Part shown: piece after piece, positions 62,076 through 64,000 of the stretch
How the letters are laid out: each line of letters starts with the position of its first letter
Position numbering within the stretch: position 1 is the first letter of the stretch
Assembly (NCBI RefSeq): GCF_030028105.1
Contig: NC_092380.1
Location: forward strand, 56,603,717 to 56,667,716
Source: Mobula birostris
Lineage: Eukaryota
Length of the DNA stretch: 64,000 nt
Direction of reading: 5' to 3'
Translations under genes and position numbers: made by a program
Notes under the pieces: model-generated
The model's database searches: none
Told to the model about the DNA's origin: nothing
Seen by the model: the letters and a program-made list of their open reading frames with translations, nothing else

Positions 62076-62887
62076 CAGTAGATTCCAGTTAATTAGGCCA
62101 GCGGTTAATCGAGGCAGCCGCTTATTTAGGACAACTCTTAACAACAAAAACTAATCAAGAAAATAATTGAGATTCCCTTGGTTTATTTGGGACACTATGC
62201 TGTTTAATTAGGGCAGGAGACAGTTGCCAAACAGCTTCCAACTAGCATCAGTCACATGTACTTGTGTGGCCATTAGACACTGCGTCATACTTAGAGTAAA
62301 CTGTTTTACTTGCATGTGTTTCTGTTCAAAAGTAGTGATTTTTGTCACTGGGCAAGAAATAAGCAGTAAGACAATTTGGAATTGTTTTGCTTACTGTGGT
62401 TTCAAGCATTCAGGATTGGAGATTCCAGAAATGGCCAGGAGTGAAAATGAAAGAAAGTTCCCTCTTTCAACAAGTTAAGAATTGCAAAGAGTTTAAAGGT
62501 ATCGATAATCTTCTTGAATGTTTCAATGAACATGAAGATTTGGAGGGTGCAATTGTCAAAAGCATTGAGTGACACCAGTTCATTATCTGCGCTAGGAGAT
62601 GTTGTTCATTTACAGTAAATCAAAATAACATGGTAGCATACATCAGATGAATTCCTCCCATCAATAACATTAGGAACTAGTATGCAGTTTTCTAGTACTG
62701 TAGAGATATGCGTAGTCTTTCAGTATTTTCTGTATTTCATTTAAATACACAAATTTTACTCAATTAAACAGTTTGGCTTTTTTATAGCTTTTTAACAATT
62801 CCATGAACCTTTGGCTAATTAGGACAGCTGCTTAATTGGGCCAAAATGTACTGGTCCCAATGTGTCCCAATTAACCAGAATCCACTG
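62076..62887 (+). mobile_element. Tigger/pogo-like non-autonomous DNA transposon
   Basis: TIRs CAGTAGATTCCAGTTAATT / AATTAACCAGAATCCACTG+TA; transposase C-terminal remnant QEISSKTIWNCFAYCGF. Confidence 0.75.
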
Positions 62888-63313
62888 TATAGCCTCAGAT
62901 AATTGTTGTAGTAAGGGATGATAGTATATCACAAAATGTTTTTAAATTTGTTTTAGAGCTTAGCAATGGTGAATTGCATACAGCTAGGCACTACGGGTTG
63001 CAAGAGGAATTTCCCTTTTTTTTGCCTAATCAGACATTGTGAACTGAATGTCTGATTTGTGTCGAGTCTGTATTGGGGGAGTAGTTGGTTGACTTTTGGG
63101 TTTTAATGGTAAACTGTAATTCAGGCCACATTGATTGGACATAAACATAACCTTATAAGGCAGGTTATTGTTCAATGCCTGATGTAAGGCATAGAAGAAT
63201 ATAACCCTAATGCATGCAAATAGGATTAGTATAGATTACCCATGGACGTGTTGGGTAGGGCCTGTTTCTGTGCCATAGGACTTTATTACTGTGACAATTT
63301 TCCCTTTGCACAG

Positions 63314-63424
63314 GAAGTGGTTATTTGGATGCCATATATTTCTTCTCGTTCTGACCACAAAAGAGAAGTTGTGATGCGAACGTTCAATGGAAGCTGGAAT
63401 AATTTGGAGACCAAGATTTCTAAG
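63314..63424 (+). CDS. PIDD1: PIDD1 next ZU5 exon (111 nt); gene continues beyond the window
   Basis: EVVIWMPY..KREVVMRTFNGSWNNLETKISK; cacag acceptor, AAG|GTACTG donor, phase 0. Confidence 0.85.
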
Positions 63425-63537
63425 GTACTGGGTAATTAGTTATGCTCATAATTATAAAAGTGTATTTAACGTTGGAAGATTTTTCGATTGATCTATTCTT
63501 CAAATAGTAAATGTTAGAGGTGTACTTTTTAGTATTA

Positions 63538-64000
63538 CAGTCGGTCCTCCTTATCCGCGAGTTCCACATGCGTGAATTCAACCAACCGCGAATCGAGAAA
63601 ACCCAGAAGTGTTCTTCCAGCNNNNNNNNNNNNNNNNNNNNNNNNNNNNNNNNNNNNNNNNNNNNNNNNNNNNNNNNNNNNNNNNNNNNNNNNNNNNNNN
63701 NNNNNNNNNNNNNNNNNNNNNNNNNNNNNNNNNNNNNNNNNNNNNNNNNNNNNNNNNNNNNNNNNNNNNNNNNNNNNNNNNNNNNNNNNGAAAAAAAAAG
63801 TTCTCTTACTAAGTAAGTCTGAACAGGTGCATCCGGTATTATTTAGCGTCAGTTAGTCAAACGTTTGTCTTAGTATATAGTATCTATTTTACCTTTCTAT
63901 GCATATAAAACACTTAAGAAACGTATGTTTCAGCGCTGGGCTCGGGAACGGAAGTTCCTGAGTTCGATCCAGTGACTGATCACTCCCGACCACGCTCTCC
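63538..64000. mobile_element. Tigger/MER2-like element start, spanning the assembly gap
   Basis: TA + CAGTCGGTCCTCCTTATCCGCGAGTTCC, a Tigger-type TIR; CpG-rich. Confidence 0.55.
63622..63789. other. Assembly gap (168 N)
   Basis: Run of N. Confidence 1.

Noticed and set aside
63511-63856. ORFs containing long X runs
   Set aside because: Artefacts of the N gap

Overview
Eukaryotic genomic DNA from a vertebrate. The repeat content (CR1, Rex1/Babar, Penelope-like, V-SINE, Tc1) suggests a cartilaginous fish, probably a ray; this is an inference. The window holds three host genes in the same order and orientation as human 11p15.5: the first coding exon of PNPLA2 (- strand, 1607-1796), the complete RPLP2 gene (- strand, 5 exons, 111 aa, 5'TOP start) and, head-to-head with it, the 5' part of PIDD1 (+ strand, six coding exons from 44778 to 63424, LRR then ZU5). 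Much of the remainder is transposable elements. Highlights: (1) a young 5.7-kb internally deleted endogenous retrovirus in the PIDD1 5' region, with ~99% identical LTRs, a 4-bp TSD, a tRNA-Ser(CGA) PBS, a non-canonical TA terminus and env in frame with the integrase tail; (2) about nine minimal hammerhead-ribozyme motifs carried by Penelope-like elements, two of them with intact cores in the sense strand of PNPLA2 and RPLP2 introns; (3) a Tc1 transposon in a PIDD1 intron hosting three independent retroelement insertions, including a full-length Nimb/I-group LINE; (4) a p53-response-element-like motif and uORFs just before the PIDD1 start codon. There is one assembly gap (63622-63789). All calls were made by eye, and repeat boundaries without a TSD are approximate.
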